A program made the position numbers and the translations under genes. 64,000 bases of DNA, from the NCBI GenBank assembly GCA_965263195.1, contig OZ253664.1:3893045-3957044 (forward strand), written 5' to 3'. A model generated the notes under the pieces. The model was not told the origin of the DNA. It was given only the letters and a program-made list of their open reading frames with translations, and made no database searches. This document shows positions 49,030-58,200 of the stretch, piece by piece (within the stretch, counting starts at the first letter, position 1; every line of letters begins with the position of its first letter). The stretch is from Vicinamibacterales bacterium. Lineage in GTDB: Bacteria; Acidobacteriota; Vicinamibacteria; Vicinamibacterales; UBA8438.

Positions 49030-50100
49030 ATGTCCAGTGGATCCGGCGGCTTCCTTCGAGCGAAAGGACTTGCCGCCGGCGCGCAAATATGCGATGACAT
49101 AATCGCGTATCGTCATTGCGCTTCGTCCGGAGGTCCTTTAGCGTTGCTGTTCCTGCCCCCGCTCGATAGCCTGCGCTTCTTCGAGGCTGCGGCCCGTCTC
49201 CAGGGCTTCACCCGCGCCGCCGAGGAGCTCGGCGTCACCCCCGCCGCCGTCGCCCACCGCGTCCGGATGCTGGAGAAGCATCTCGACGTGCCGCTGTTCG
49301 ACCGCCGCCATCGCGGCGTGCGCCTCAACCGCCGTGGCCGGGCCTACCTCAAGGAGGTGCAGCGCATCCTCGCCGAGGTCCACGGCATCTCCGAGCGCCA
49401 GCGCCGCTGGCCGCGGCGGCTGCGGATCGTCTCGGTCGAGGCGGTCGCCGAGAAGTGGCTGGTGCCGAGGCTGGCTTCCTTCAAGGCGGCGCACCCCGGC
49501 GTCGCCATCGAGATCGAGACCAACCACCGCGGCGTCGACCCCGACAGTCGGGAATTCGACGTGTGGTTCGCCTACACGGGTGAGACAGCAGCGCCGCGCC
49601 CAGTGACGCGCCGCGAGGACACGCTGCTCGAGGAGACGCTCTTTGAGGAAGATCTGCTGCCGGTCTGCAGTCCCGCTCTGCTAGCCGCACGCGGGCGGCC
49701 CGGCAAGCCAGCCGACCTCGGCGGCTGGCCACTGCTCTACGATCTGGGATGGGACGCCGACTGGTCGTACTGGTTCGCCCGCCAGGGCCGGCCCACTCCG
49801 GACCTGTCTCGGGCGTCCGGCTTCCGCCTCTACAGCATGCTGGTGCAGGCCGCGGTGAACGGGATCGGCGCCGCCATCGGGCGGCCCATGCTGATCGCGC
49901 GCGAGCTGGAAAGCAGGGCTTTGGTGCCCGTCTTCGACCGTCAGGCCGAGGCGCCCGAGCGCTGCTGCCTCATCACCACGGCAGCCGCCCGCCAGCGGGC
50001 GGAGGTGCGGGCGTTCCGGGAATGGACCCTCGACGAGGCCAGGGCCGCGACCCGGGCCGCGACCCGGACCGCGCCCGATCACGGCGCGCGCTGGCCGTGA
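49030..50100 (+). CDS. LysR-family transcriptional regulator
   Basis: ...LPPLDSLRFFEAAARLQGFTRAAEELGVTPAAVAHRVRMLEKHLDVPLFDRRHRGVRLNRRGRAY... followed by a LysR substrate-binding domain. Start uncertain: ATG 49030 or TTG 49144, the latter fitting family length better. Confidence 0.85.
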   Translation: MSSGSGGFLRAKGLAAGAQICDDIIAYRHCASSGGPLALLFLPPLDSLRFFEAAARLQGFTRAAEELGVTPAAVAHRVRMLEKHLDVPLFDRRHRGVRLNRRGRAYLKEVQRILAEVHGISERQRRWPRRLRIVSVEAVAEKWLVPRLASFKAAHPGVAIEIETNHRGVDPDSREFDVWFAYTGETAAPRPVTRREDTLLEETLFEEDLLPVCSPALLAARGRPGKPADLGGWPLLYDLGWDADWSYWFARQGRPTPDLSRASGFRLYSMLVQAAVNGIGAAIGRPMLIARELESRALVPVFDRQAEAPERCCLITTAAARQRAEVRAFREWTLDEARAATRAATRTAPDHGARWP

Positions 50101-50123
50101 GCCGGCGCGCCGCCGCATCCCGG

Positions 50124-51179
50124 TCAGCCCGCCGGCGCCCAGGGCACCTTCGAGAGCCAGGTTCCCAGCTTGTCCGCGTAGGCGAAGATGGCCGGCAACC
50201 CGCCGGTATGGATGAAGAGCACCCGGCTGCCGGCGGCGATGCGCCCCGAACGCACAAGGACGACGAGGCCCGCCATCGCCTTGCCCGTGTACACCGGGTC
50301 GAGCAGCAGGGCCTCGCGGCGCGCCGCCAGTGCCATCGCCTCGCGCACCGCGTCATTGAGCCGGCCGTAGCCCGGCGCGTGCGGCGCGTCTGAGACCTCG
50401 ACGTCGCCCGCATCGAACGCCGCCGGGCGCTCGATCATGGCTGCCAGCTCGGCCGCCACCTGCTTCACCCGCTCGCCCTGCCGCAGAGCCTCGCGCCGCA
50501 CGCAGATGCCGTGGACCGCCGCCGCCTCGCCCAGCGCCCGCAACCCGACCAGCGTGCCGGCGTGGGTGAGCCCGCTGCCCGAGGCGCAGACCACCGCGTC
50601 GAATGCGACGCCGAGAGCCCGCGCCTGCGCCGACACCTCCTCGGCGGCAACCACGTAGCCGAGTCCGCCGAGCGGCGGATGCCCGGGGCCGGAATGAATG
50701 ACGTACGGCCGGCGGCCCTCGCCGGCGAGGGCGCGGGCGCGTCGCTCCAGCGCCGCGTCCGCCGCCGCCTCGTCCTCGCCCACGGGAAACGCATGCAGCG
50801 TCGCGCCGAGCAGCCGGTCGAGCAGCAGGTTGCCCGAGGTCCGGTAGAGCGCGTCGGCGTCGTCGACGCGCTCTTCGAGCTGGACGTGCACGTCCATCCC
50901 GAGCCGGCGCGCCCCGGCGGCGGCGAGGCGCACGAGGTTCGACTGCACCGCTCCGGTCGCGAGCACCGTGTCGGCGCCGCGCGCCCGCGCCTCGCCGAAG
51001 TGGAACTCGAGCTGGCGCACCTTGTTCCCGCCGAAGGCCAACCCCGTGCAGTCGTCGCGCTTGATCCACAGCTCGACGCCGAGGGCCGCGCCGAGACGCG
51101 GCGCCGGGTCGAGCGGCGTTGGCGCGTGGCCGAGCCGGACTCGTGGAAACCGGTCGGCGGCGGCAAGCGGGCTGGACAT
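50124..51179 (-). CDS. PLP-dependent D-cysteine desulfhydrase / ACC deaminase family enzyme
   Basis: 351 aa, ...TPLDPAPRLGAALGVELWIKRDDCTGLAFGGNKVRQLEFHFGEA... Confidence 0.88.
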   Translation of the reverse strand: MSSPLAAADRFPRVRLGHAPTPLDPAPRLGAALGVELWIKRDDCTGLAFGGNKVRQLEFHFGEARARGADTVLATGAVQSNLVRLAAAGARRLGMDVHVQLEERVDDADALYRTSGNLLLDRLLGATLHAFPVGEDEAAADAALERRARALAGEGRRPYVIHSGPGHPPLGGLGYVVAAEEVSAQARALGVAFDAVVCASGSGLTHAGTLVGLRALGEAAAVHGICVRREALRQGERVKQVAAELAAMIERPAAFDAGDVEVSDAPHAPGYGRLNDAVREAMALAARREALLLDPVYTGKAMAGLVVLVRSGRIAAGSRVLFIHTGGLPAIFAYADKLGTWLSKVPWAPAG

Positions 51180-51468
51180 GACTGGAGGCGGGCTCGGCTG
51201 GAATCGTGCGGGTGATCAGGGTGAGTGTCTCACATAGCCCACCGTCCCGAAGCCGCGGGCCGAGCACGTGCTCTCCGGACGGGACGGCGGCCGGCCCCCG
51301 GGGGCTCGCGGCCGTGCGGTGGGAGCACGCATACCTCAACCGGCCTGTCTGAAATATTTTACCCTATGGGACAATTGCGTTTGGCCAAAATGCGCGGCCC
51401 TTTGCCCGCTCGATTTCTGGCGTATCTCACTGATAATAAAGGATATGCACACGAACGATCATGGTGGA

Positions 51469-52240
51469 GGGTATTGTCAGGTTGAGGCGACGAGTGGCAG
51501 AGTAGGCCGATGAGGAGTCAGTCGGCCAGCTATCACGGATATCGATTCCCACCCGACATCATCAGCCACGCGGTCTGGCTCTACTATCGATTCTGTCTCA
51601 GCTTCCGCGATGCTGAAGATCTCCTCGCGCAGCGAGGCGTGACGGTCACCTACGAGACGATTCGGCAGTGGTGCCAGCGGTTCGGTCCGGTCTACGCCCG
51701 GCAGCTGCGGCGCCGGCGCGGTCGGATGGGAGACACCTGGCATCTCGACGAGGTGTTCGTCACGATCCAGGGTCGCCAACAGTATCTGTGGCGCGCAGTA
51801 GACGAGGACGGTGACGTCCTGGACATCCTCGTGCAATCGCACCGGAATCGGCGAGCAGCCGTCCGATTCTTTCGGACACTGCTGAAAACCCAGGGCCGTA
51901 TCCCTCGCCGGCTGATCACCGACCAGCTGCGCTCCTACGCCGCCGCGTGCCGCACCGTGATGCCGTCGGTGGTCCACGTCACTGATCAGTACGCGAACAA
52001 TCGAGCCGAGGTCTCCCACCAACCGACGCGTCAGCGGGAGCGCCAGATGCGGCGCTTCACGTCGGCCGCCCACGTGCAACGGTTCGCGTCGGCCGACATC
52101 TACTCCGGTCGAGCCATCACCGCGTGCTTCGAAGGCGGGCGTTCGTCGAATGGGATGCGGCGACGTGTGCGTGCTGAACGAGCGAGGGCGAACGACCTCG
52201 AGGCGGAGCCGCGCACTGTCCACACCAAGTTGACAGTGCC
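51469..52240 (+). mobile_element. IS6-family insertion sequence (near full length, 35-bp internal deletion)
   Basis: Right IR ...AAGTTGACAGTGCC ends at 52240. A degenerate left IR GGGTATTGTCAGGTTG starts near 51469. Relative to the 25.1-kb remnant it lacks about 35 bp (tacacggagttgtgcagaatctctttcgagtcggg) near 52093. Confidence 0.8.
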
Positions 52241-52280
52241 GGCAGCGGGGCTCTTGCTGCGGGATCCCGGCGACGGCTGA
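51510..52280 (+). pseudogene. IS6 transposase with a frameshifted C-terminus
   Basis: MRSQSASYHGYRFPPDIISHAVWLYYRFCLSFRDAEDLLAQRGVTVTYETIRQWCQRFGP...DEVFVTIQGRQQYLWRAVDEDG.... After ...AAHVQRFAS the frame is shifted by the 35-bp deletion and runs through the IR. Confidence 0.8.
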
Positions 52281-52390
52281 AGCCGTGTACAATCGCGGCG
52301 ATCTCAACTGAAGCACCGGCGGCGACGGGCGACGAAGGCGCTGCTCCGGGCCTTCGACCGAACCGCCGGGACCCGTCGAGCAGGCTCCGC

Positions 52391-53883
52391 ATGGCCATCG
52401 CCGCGCAGACCGACTACGAGCTCGGGCGGGACAACATCAAGTTCCTCGGTCTCGACGTCCACAACCCGGTCTTCGTCGTCTCCAGCCTCACCGTCGTCGC
52501 GTTCGTTGCCGGGGTGCTGGCGTTCCGGGACGCCGCCGGCGGCGTCTTCGACGCGCTCTACGCCTGGCTGACCTCGACGCTCGACTGGGTGTTCATGGGC
52601 ACCGCCAACGTCTTCGTCCTCTTCTGCCTGATGCTGCTGGTGACGCCGCTCGGCCGCGTCCGCCTCGGCGGTCCGGAGGCCAGACCCGACTACTCCGCCT
52701 GGTCGTGGTTCGCCATGCTGTTCGCGGCCGGCATCGGCATCGGCCTGATGTTCTTCGGGGTGGCCGAGCCGGTCGACCATTTCCTGAATCCGCCGCTCGG
52801 CCTCGATCCGGCCGACACCGCCGCCGCGCAGCGGCTCGCCGTTGCCGCCACCATCTTCCACTGGGGTGTGCATCCCTGGGCGATATTCGCGGTCGTCGCG
52901 GTCGCGCTGGCCTTCGCCGCCTACAACCTCGGGTTGCCGCTGACGCTGCGGTCGGCGTTCTATCCCGTCCTGGGCGAGGCGGTATGGGGCTGGCGACGTC
53001 CCTGGGGCTGGGGGCCGAACAGACGGCGGCGGGGCTGGCCCACCTGTTCGGCGTGCCGGCCACCGACACGACCAGGGTGCTGCTGATTGCCGGCATCACC
53101 GCCATCGCGCTGACGTCGGTGGTGGCGGGGATGGACCGGGGCGTCAAGCGCCTGAGCCAGGCCAACCTGCTCCTGGCCCTGCTGCTGCTCGCGTTCGTGC
53201 TGGCGGTCGGGCCCACCCTCGACCTGCTCACCGGGTTCGTCACCAGCCTCGGCCACTATGCCGCGGCGATCGGACCGCTCAGCAACTGGGTCGGACGGGA
53301 CGATTCCGAATTCCTGCACGGGTGGACCACCTTCTTCTGGGCGTGGTGGCTCTCGTGGTCGCCCTTCGTCGGCCTGTTCATCGCCCGCGTCTCGCGCGGC
53401 CGCACGGTGCGCGCGCTCGTCGGCTGCATGCTGGTCGTCCCGGTGCTGGTCTCCGCGCTCTGGATGAACGTCTTCGGGGGGACTGCGCTGTCGCACCATC
53501 TTGATGCGGGCCAGACCGCCGTGGTCGCGGCGGTGCAGGCGCAGCAGCCGGAAATGGCCCTGTTCAGGATGCTGGAGGCGCTGCCGCTCGCCGGCGTGAC
53601 GTCGGGTATCGGCATCGTCCTGGTGATCGTGTTCTTCGTCACCTCTTCCGATTCGGGCTCGCTGGTCATCGACACCATCACCGCCGGCGGCAAGCTCGAC
53701 GCGCCGGTCGCCCAGCGCGTCTTCTGGTGCGCGTTCGAAGGGATCGTCGCCATCACCCTGCTGCTCGGCGGCGGGCTCGTGGCGCTGCAGGCCGCGGCGC
53801 TCGCCACCGGCTTCCCGTTCGCGCTGGTGCTGGTAGCCATGTGCTACAGCACCTGGAAGGGTCTGCGCGCGGCCAGTCGCTGA
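52391..53883 (+). pseudogene. BCCT-family (betaine/carnitine/choline) transporter with internal deletion/frameshift
   Basis: ...FYPVLGEAVWG (frame 1) joins directly to LATSLGLGAEQT... (another frame) near 52975-52995, so the conserved segment between them is missing. The rest is typical BCCT (WTTFFWAWWLSWSPFVGLFIARVSRGRT). Confidence 0.8.
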
Positions 53884-53961
53884 ACAGCGCGGCCGACAGG
53901 AAGCCGCGGGCCGGCAGCGGCGTCGCGCCACACTTTTTGTGCGGTAATTCGCACTATTAAT

Positions 53962-54900
53962 ATGCACATGTGCGCGTACCGCAGGCGCCTCCGCATCGGT
54001 CTCGCCGCGGTCCTGGTGGCGCTGCTGGCCTACGCCGGCGTGTCGGTCGTGGTCGCCGACCAAGTGACGAAGCCGTACCGCCGCCCGCTGGCCTCGTCGC
54101 CGGCCGTCTTCGGCCTGCAATACGAGGACGTGACCTTCCCCAGCACCGACGACGCTGTCCCGCTGCGGGGCTGGTTCCTGCCCGCCGCCGGCAGCGACCG
54201 CGTCGTGGTCATCGTCCACGGCCGCAACTCGAACCGCAGCGGCGACCACGGCGAGCTCGTGCCGCATGCCGAGGCGCTCGTCGAGCGCGGCTACAACGCG
54301 CTGCTGTTCGACTTCCGCGGCCACGGGGAATCCGGCGGCGTGCGCTACACCCTGGGCACGGTCGAGCAGCGCGACGTGCTGGGCGCCGTGGCCTACCTCG
54401 AGAGCCGCGGCTTCGCGCCGGCGCGCATGGGCTTCTGGGCGCATTCAATGGGCGCCGCCACCGTGCTGCTGGCGTCTGCCGCCTCGCCGGACGTGCGCAC
54501 CATCGTGGCCGACAGCAGCTTCGCCCGCCTCGATGACCTGCTGGACCGGCAGCTGCCGTTCGCGAGCGGACTGCCCGGCTTCTTCAATCCGTCCATCCTC
54601 TACTTCGCCAGGACCCTGTTCAACGCGGACGCGAGGATCGTGAACCCGGTCGACGCGGTCGCCGGCCTGCCGCCGAATTCGCTGTTCATCATCCATGCCG
54701 AGGCCGACCGGCTCATACCCGTCGACCATGCCCGCCGCATCGCCGCCGCGGCCGGACCCGCCGTCTACGACCTCTGGATCTTCCCCGGCTCGCGCCACGA
54801 CGGCGTATCGCTGTCCGCCCCGGACCGCTACCGGGCGCGCGTGCTGCCGTTCTTCGAGCGGTGGCTGCCCGAGACGCCGCGGTCTCGGCCCGCGCGTTGA
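53962..54900 (+). CDS. alpha/beta-fold hydrolase with N-terminal membrane anchor
   Basis: 312 aa: VVIVHGRNSNRSG, nucleophile elbow AHSMGAAT, and ...IHAEADRLIPVDHA. Confidence 0.8.
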   Translation: MHMCAYRRRLRIGLAAVLVALLAYAGVSVVVADQVTKPYRRPLASSPAVFGLQYEDVTFPSTDDAVPLRGWFLPAAGSDRVVVIVHGRNSNRSGDHGELVPHAEALVERGYNALLFDFRGHGESGGVRYTLGTVEQRDVLGAVAYLESRGFAPARMGFWAHSMGAATVLLASAASPDVRTIVADSSFARLDDLLDRQLPFASGLPGFFNPSILYFARTLFNADARIVNPVDAVAGLPPNSLFIIHAEADRLIPVDHARRIAAAAGPAVYDLWIFPGSRHDGVSLSAPDRYRARVLPFFERWLPETPRSRPAR

Positions 54901-55041
54901 TGAGACGGTAGGCGCTGGTTGGATCCCCCGCCCAGCCCGGGATGAGCCCCCGGCGCAGCATCGCCAGCCGGGGTCCGCCTCGCTTGACCGCCCGCGGGCG
55001 GTCGGCTATCGTCGCCGCGTCGGTCCGACCAACGACGAGCC

Positions 55042-55965
55042 ATGCCCCACAGGATTGTTTCGCTCATCTCCAGCGCCACCGAAATCGTGTGCGCGCTCGG
55101 CTTCGAAAACGAGCTCGTCGGCCGCTCCCACGAATGCGACTATCCGGCGTCCATCGTGAAGCTCCCGGCCTGCTCGACGTCGAAGGTGCGGCTCGACGCC
55201 GCGGGGCGCGCCATCGACGACCAGGTACGGTCGATCGTCGCCGACGGGTTGTCCGTGTACCGCGTCGATCCGGACCTGCTGAACCGGCTCGCGCCGACCG
55301 TAATCATCACGCAGACGCAGTGCGACGTGTGTGCCGTGAGCCTGAAGGACGTCGAGCAGGCGGTCTGCGAGCTGGTCAGCTCGCGGCCGTCCATCGTGAC
55401 GCTGGAGCCGATGGGGCTGGGCGACATATGGAAGGACATCCGGGCGGTGGCGGCGGCGCTCGACGCGCCGGCGCGCGGCGAGGAACTCGTAGCCCGGCTC
55501 GAGGACCGGCTGGAGACTGTCCGCAGCCAAACGCGACAGGCGGGCTCGCGCCCATCCATCGCCTGCGTCGAGTGGATCGACCCGCTGATGATGGCCGCCA
55601 ACTGGGTGCCCGAGCTGGTCGACTGCGCCGGCGGCGCGAACCGCTTCGGGGAGCCGGGCAAGCACTCCGGCTACCTGGACATGGAGCAGCTGTTCGCGGC
55701 CGACCCCGATGTGATTGCCGTGATGCCGTGCGGCTTCGACATCGACCGCGCCTGGCGCGAGATGCAGCCGCTGGCCGGCCACCCGCAATGGCAGCAGCTT
55801 TCGGCGGTCCGCAACGGGCGCGTGGTGATGGCCGACGGCAACCAGTACTTCAACCGGCCCGGACCGCGCGTCGTGGAGTCGGCCGAGATCCTGGCCGAGT
55901 GCCTGCACCCCGATCGCTGCGACTTCGGACACCGCGGCCGGGGCTGGCGGTACTGGAACGCCTGA
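55042..55965 (+). CDS. cobalamin/siderophore-type (class III, BtuF-like) substrate-binding protein, no signal peptide
   Basis: MPHRIVSLISSATEIVCALGFENELVGRSHECDYP...VIITQTQCDVCAV...NGRVVMADGNQYFNRPGPR. Confidence 0.75.
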   Translation: MPHRIVSLISSATEIVCALGFENELVGRSHECDYPASIVKLPACSTSKVRLDAAGRAIDDQVRSIVADGLSVYRVDPDLLNRLAPTVIITQTQCDVCAVSLKDVEQAVCELVSSRPSIVTLEPMGLGDIWKDIRAVAAALDAPARGEELVARLEDRLETVRSQTRQAGSRPSIACVEWIDPLMMAANWVPELVDCAGGANRFGEPGKHSGYLDMEQLFAADPDVIAVMPCGFDIDRAWREMQPLAGHPQWQQLSAVRNGRVVMADGNQYFNRPGPRVVESAEILAECLHPDRCDFGHRGRGWRYWNA

Positions 55966-55969
55966 GCTG

Positions 55970-56122
55970 CTACCGCTCCGGCTTCACCACCACCGTCGCC
56001 AGCAGGTAGCCGTGGCGGCGGAGCAGCGCGAAGCGGCGCGAGAGGTGGTCGAACGGGGCGCAGGCCAGGCCGGTGAGGCGGCTGACGAAGCGCGGCGCCC
56101 AGGCGTTGGCCGCCAGGTCCAC
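55970..56122 (-). repeat. orphan duplicate of the methyltransferase gene's last 153 bp (left direct repeat)
   Basis: Identical to 58048-58200 except for one synonymous C/G difference. Encodes VDLAANAWAPRFVSRLTGLACAPFDHLSRRFALLRRHGYLLATVVVKPER*. Confidence 0.92.
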
Positions 56123-56164
56123 TGACTCTTATCTGGGTTGGTTAGAATAAGTGTTGACTTGAGG

Positions 56165-56914
56165 ATGGCGTCCCCGACAGGCGCCGACGCGATCGGCCAG
56201 ATGAAAGCCAAGACGAACGGCTCGGGCGGAGATGGACAACGCGTCAACCTCGTTGAGTTGTCTGTCGTCCTGGTCGCCACTTCCAACAACCCTTCGATCA
56301 TCAATCGGGACTTCCTGATCCACAACGAAATCGTCGGCAAGGACTGTCCACTCCGAGAAGATTCCCTCGCCACACCCGTTTTCTCACAGGTCGCATTCGA
56401 GGGTGGCGTGACCGTTCGCGCAGACCCGGACCGGGTCATGTTCATTCAGTCAACATCTGAAGTGCGCCTGACAAACATCATCTGTGCGGACATGGCGGAA
56501 CGCTATGTGCGAACCGTGCCGCACGTTCCGTACCGGGCCGTCGGCATCAACCCCAAGTTCCACCTCGGTATGGACGAGGCCACGAGTGGTAGTGTGGCGA
56601 ATGCGCTTAAGGATCGAGGCTCGTGGCTTTCCTACAAGGACAGCGAGCCGGAGATTCAGCTTAAGGCAATTTATCCGTTCAGTTCACGTAAGATCATCAT
56701 GGACGTGCTTGGCGCGACAAGACGTCTCCGGAACGGACAAGGAGTTCCGGGCCTTCTGTTCACAGGCAACATCCACCGAGATCTTGGACAAACCACCCAG
56801 CAGGGGCGCATCGAAGCTCTGGTTTCCATCATCCGTAGTTGGGAAAATGACGTGCTTGATTTCGGAACGCTCGTGCACAAGTTCGAGTTACACGCCGTGC
56901 AGGATTTGACATGA
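56165..56914 (+). CDS. cassette gene 1: hypothetical protein, family not recognised
   Basis: First of three coupled ORFs. Start options are TTG 56138, ATG 56165, ATG 56201. It encodes ...VNLVELSVVLVATSNNPSIINRDFLIHNEIV...YRAVGINPKFHL.... Mixed beta-rich pattern, vaguely like TIGR04255-type proteins (weak recollection). Confidence 0.65.
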   Translation: MASPTGADAIGQMKAKTNGSGGDGQRVNLVELSVVLVATSNNPSIINRDFLIHNEIVGKDCPLREDSLATPVFSQVAFEGGVTVRADPDRVMFIQSTSEVRLTNIICADMAERYVRTVPHVPYRAVGINPKFHLGMDEATSGSVANALKDRGSWLSYKDSEPEIQLKAIYPFSSRKIIMDVLGATRRLRNGQGVPGLLFTGNIHRDLGQTTQQGRIEALVSIIRSWENDVLDFGTLVHKFELHAVQDLT

Positions 56915-57591
56915 CATCGCTGCAGACGACACCGGACTGGACCGAGACTGCCTCGGGAGAATCCGAGTCCATTTTTCACACTGAGGACACTGTGCCATTT
57001 CGGACTGGCTCGTTCGTCTTCAGTAACCCAGTTGACTTGGGTTGGTCGACGAGCGAGGAGGCAACCGAGTGCTGGCGAAGACTGATTCGAGGCCCCCATC
57101 CCTCTACCGATGTCCGGACGCTTGATGACATGTCGAGTGTAGACATACGGCGACACGAGTTTTTCGCTCTTGTACTGCGGTCGGGACAAATCCAGCCGGC
57201 GATCACGTCGGCCACGCTTACTGCGAACGCCGATCTGCGTGCCGCCATGCAGGATCTTGACGGGGCAATTGAGGAGGCACGAGAGGAAGGCTACCCGCAA
57301 CCGTCGAGCCTGGCGCTGAAGAATGCGGAACGCCTGCTGCGGGACCTCTACAGGCTTCGCAACTGCCGTTTCGAGGTCTATCCGACGCCGGACGCCGAAA
57401 TTGCCATCGTCGTGCCTGGCGGGCATGGGCAATCGCTGCTTGTGCTATGCGACTCGGACGGCGGTGCCTTGTGCTCCGTTAACCTGAACGGCGAGCATCG
57501 CCGCGCCCGGTACACCACCGTAACAGCGCTGCCCGATGGCTTCGTTCGGGAAGCTCTTGATGAACTGGACGAACCAATCCAGGTTTCGTGA
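56911..57591 (+). CDS. cassette gene 2: hypothetical protein, family not recognised
   Basis: 226 aa with ATGA overlap onto gene 1. The acidic C-terminal half (...FEVYPTPDAEIAIVVPGGHGQSLLVLCDSDGGALCSVNL...) is reminiscent of small antitoxin/immunity-type domains. Confidence 0.65.
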   Translation: MTSLQTTPDWTETASGESESIFHTEDTVPFRTGSFVFSNPVDLGWSTSEEATECWRRLIRGPHPSTDVRTLDDMSSVDIRRHEFFALVLRSGQIQPAITSATLTANADLRAAMQDLDGAIEEAREEGYPQPSSLALKNAERLLRDLYRLRNCRFEVYPTPDAEIAIVVPGGHGQSLLVLCDSDGGALCSVNLNGEHRRARYTTVTALPDGFVREALDELDEPIQVS

Positions 57592-58010
57592 GTGTTCCCG
57601 ACAGCATCAGTCACGAAGAAGAGCTTGGGCGTAGTGTCTTTTCGCACCGACACGCCAACCGCGCTCTACGATCATCGGTTCCTCACCACGTTTTCCTGAC
57701 CAAACCGGGCGATACCCGCATCTCTGTCGACAGGCTCAGCGTTACACCGCCGGACCAAGCCATTGCCTTGGCTCTGGCAGCCGCTACCGACCGTGGGCGC
57801 ACGTTCTACGGATGGGCCACCGTCAACGCCGATGCGGTCCGAAGCAACGGAAGAAACGTCATGGCCACCCCTGTGCCAGACAAGAATCCGTATCACGCCG
57901 ACATCATCCTTCCGGAATCGGCTGCGTCGGATCGTGAAGAGCAGACGCGCCACGCTCAGGAACTTGCGGATGCGTCACGCTGGCGTGCACACCAGAATCC
58001 ACACACTTGA
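57588..58010 (+). CDS. cassette gene 3: hypothetical protein, family not recognised
   Basis: 140 aa with GTGA overlap onto gene 2. It encodes ...ELGRSVFSHRHANRA...ISVDRLS...RTFYGWATVNADAVRSNGRNVMATPVPDKNPYHADIILP.... Confidence 0.65.
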   Translation: MSVPDSISHEEELGRSVFSHRHANRALRSSVPHHVFLTKPGDTRISVDRLSVTPPDQAIALALAAATDRGRTFYGWATVNADAVRSNGRNVMATPVPDKNPYHADIILPESAASDREEQTRHAQELADASRWRAHQNPHT

Positions 58011-58047
58011 GGAGATGCCGGGCGCGGCGTCGCGCTGACCGCTCTCT

Positions 58048-58200
58048 CTACCGCTCCGGCTTCACCACCACCGTCGCCAGCAGGTAGCCGTGGCGGCGGA
58101 GCAGCGCGAAGCGGCGGGAGAGGTGGTCGAACGGGGCGCAGGCCAGGCCGGTGAGGCGGCTGACGAAGCGCGGCGCCCAGGCGTTGGCCGCCAGGTCCAC
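58048..58200 (-). repeat. right copy of the 153-bp direct repeat (functional 3' end of the methyltransferase gene)
   Basis: See 55970-56122. Constant offset 2078 bp. Confidence 0.92.

Noticed and set aside
50353-51339. 328-aa alternate-frame ORF over the D-cysteine desulfhydrase-family gene
   Set aside because: It is on the same strand but a different frame from a gene with a clear PLP-enzyme signature, and its composition is Arg/Ala/Gly-rich.
54901-55041. Possible cobalamin riboswitch upstream of the BtuF-like binding-protein gene (GCCAGCCGGGGTCCGCC vaguely like a B12 box, plus the GACCGCCCG/CGGGCGGTC hairpin at 54987-55004)
   Set aside because: The region is only about 140 nt and lacks the conserved GGGAA / GGTGAAAATCC / GCCACTG core elements. 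The resemblance is within what GC-rich sequence gives by chance, and it needs a covariance-model search.
56122-56148. Sigma-70-like promoter for the cassette (CTGACT, 15 nt, TAGAAT)
   Set aside because: The spacer is only 15 nt and the -35 is weak. It is plausible but not supportable from sequence alone.
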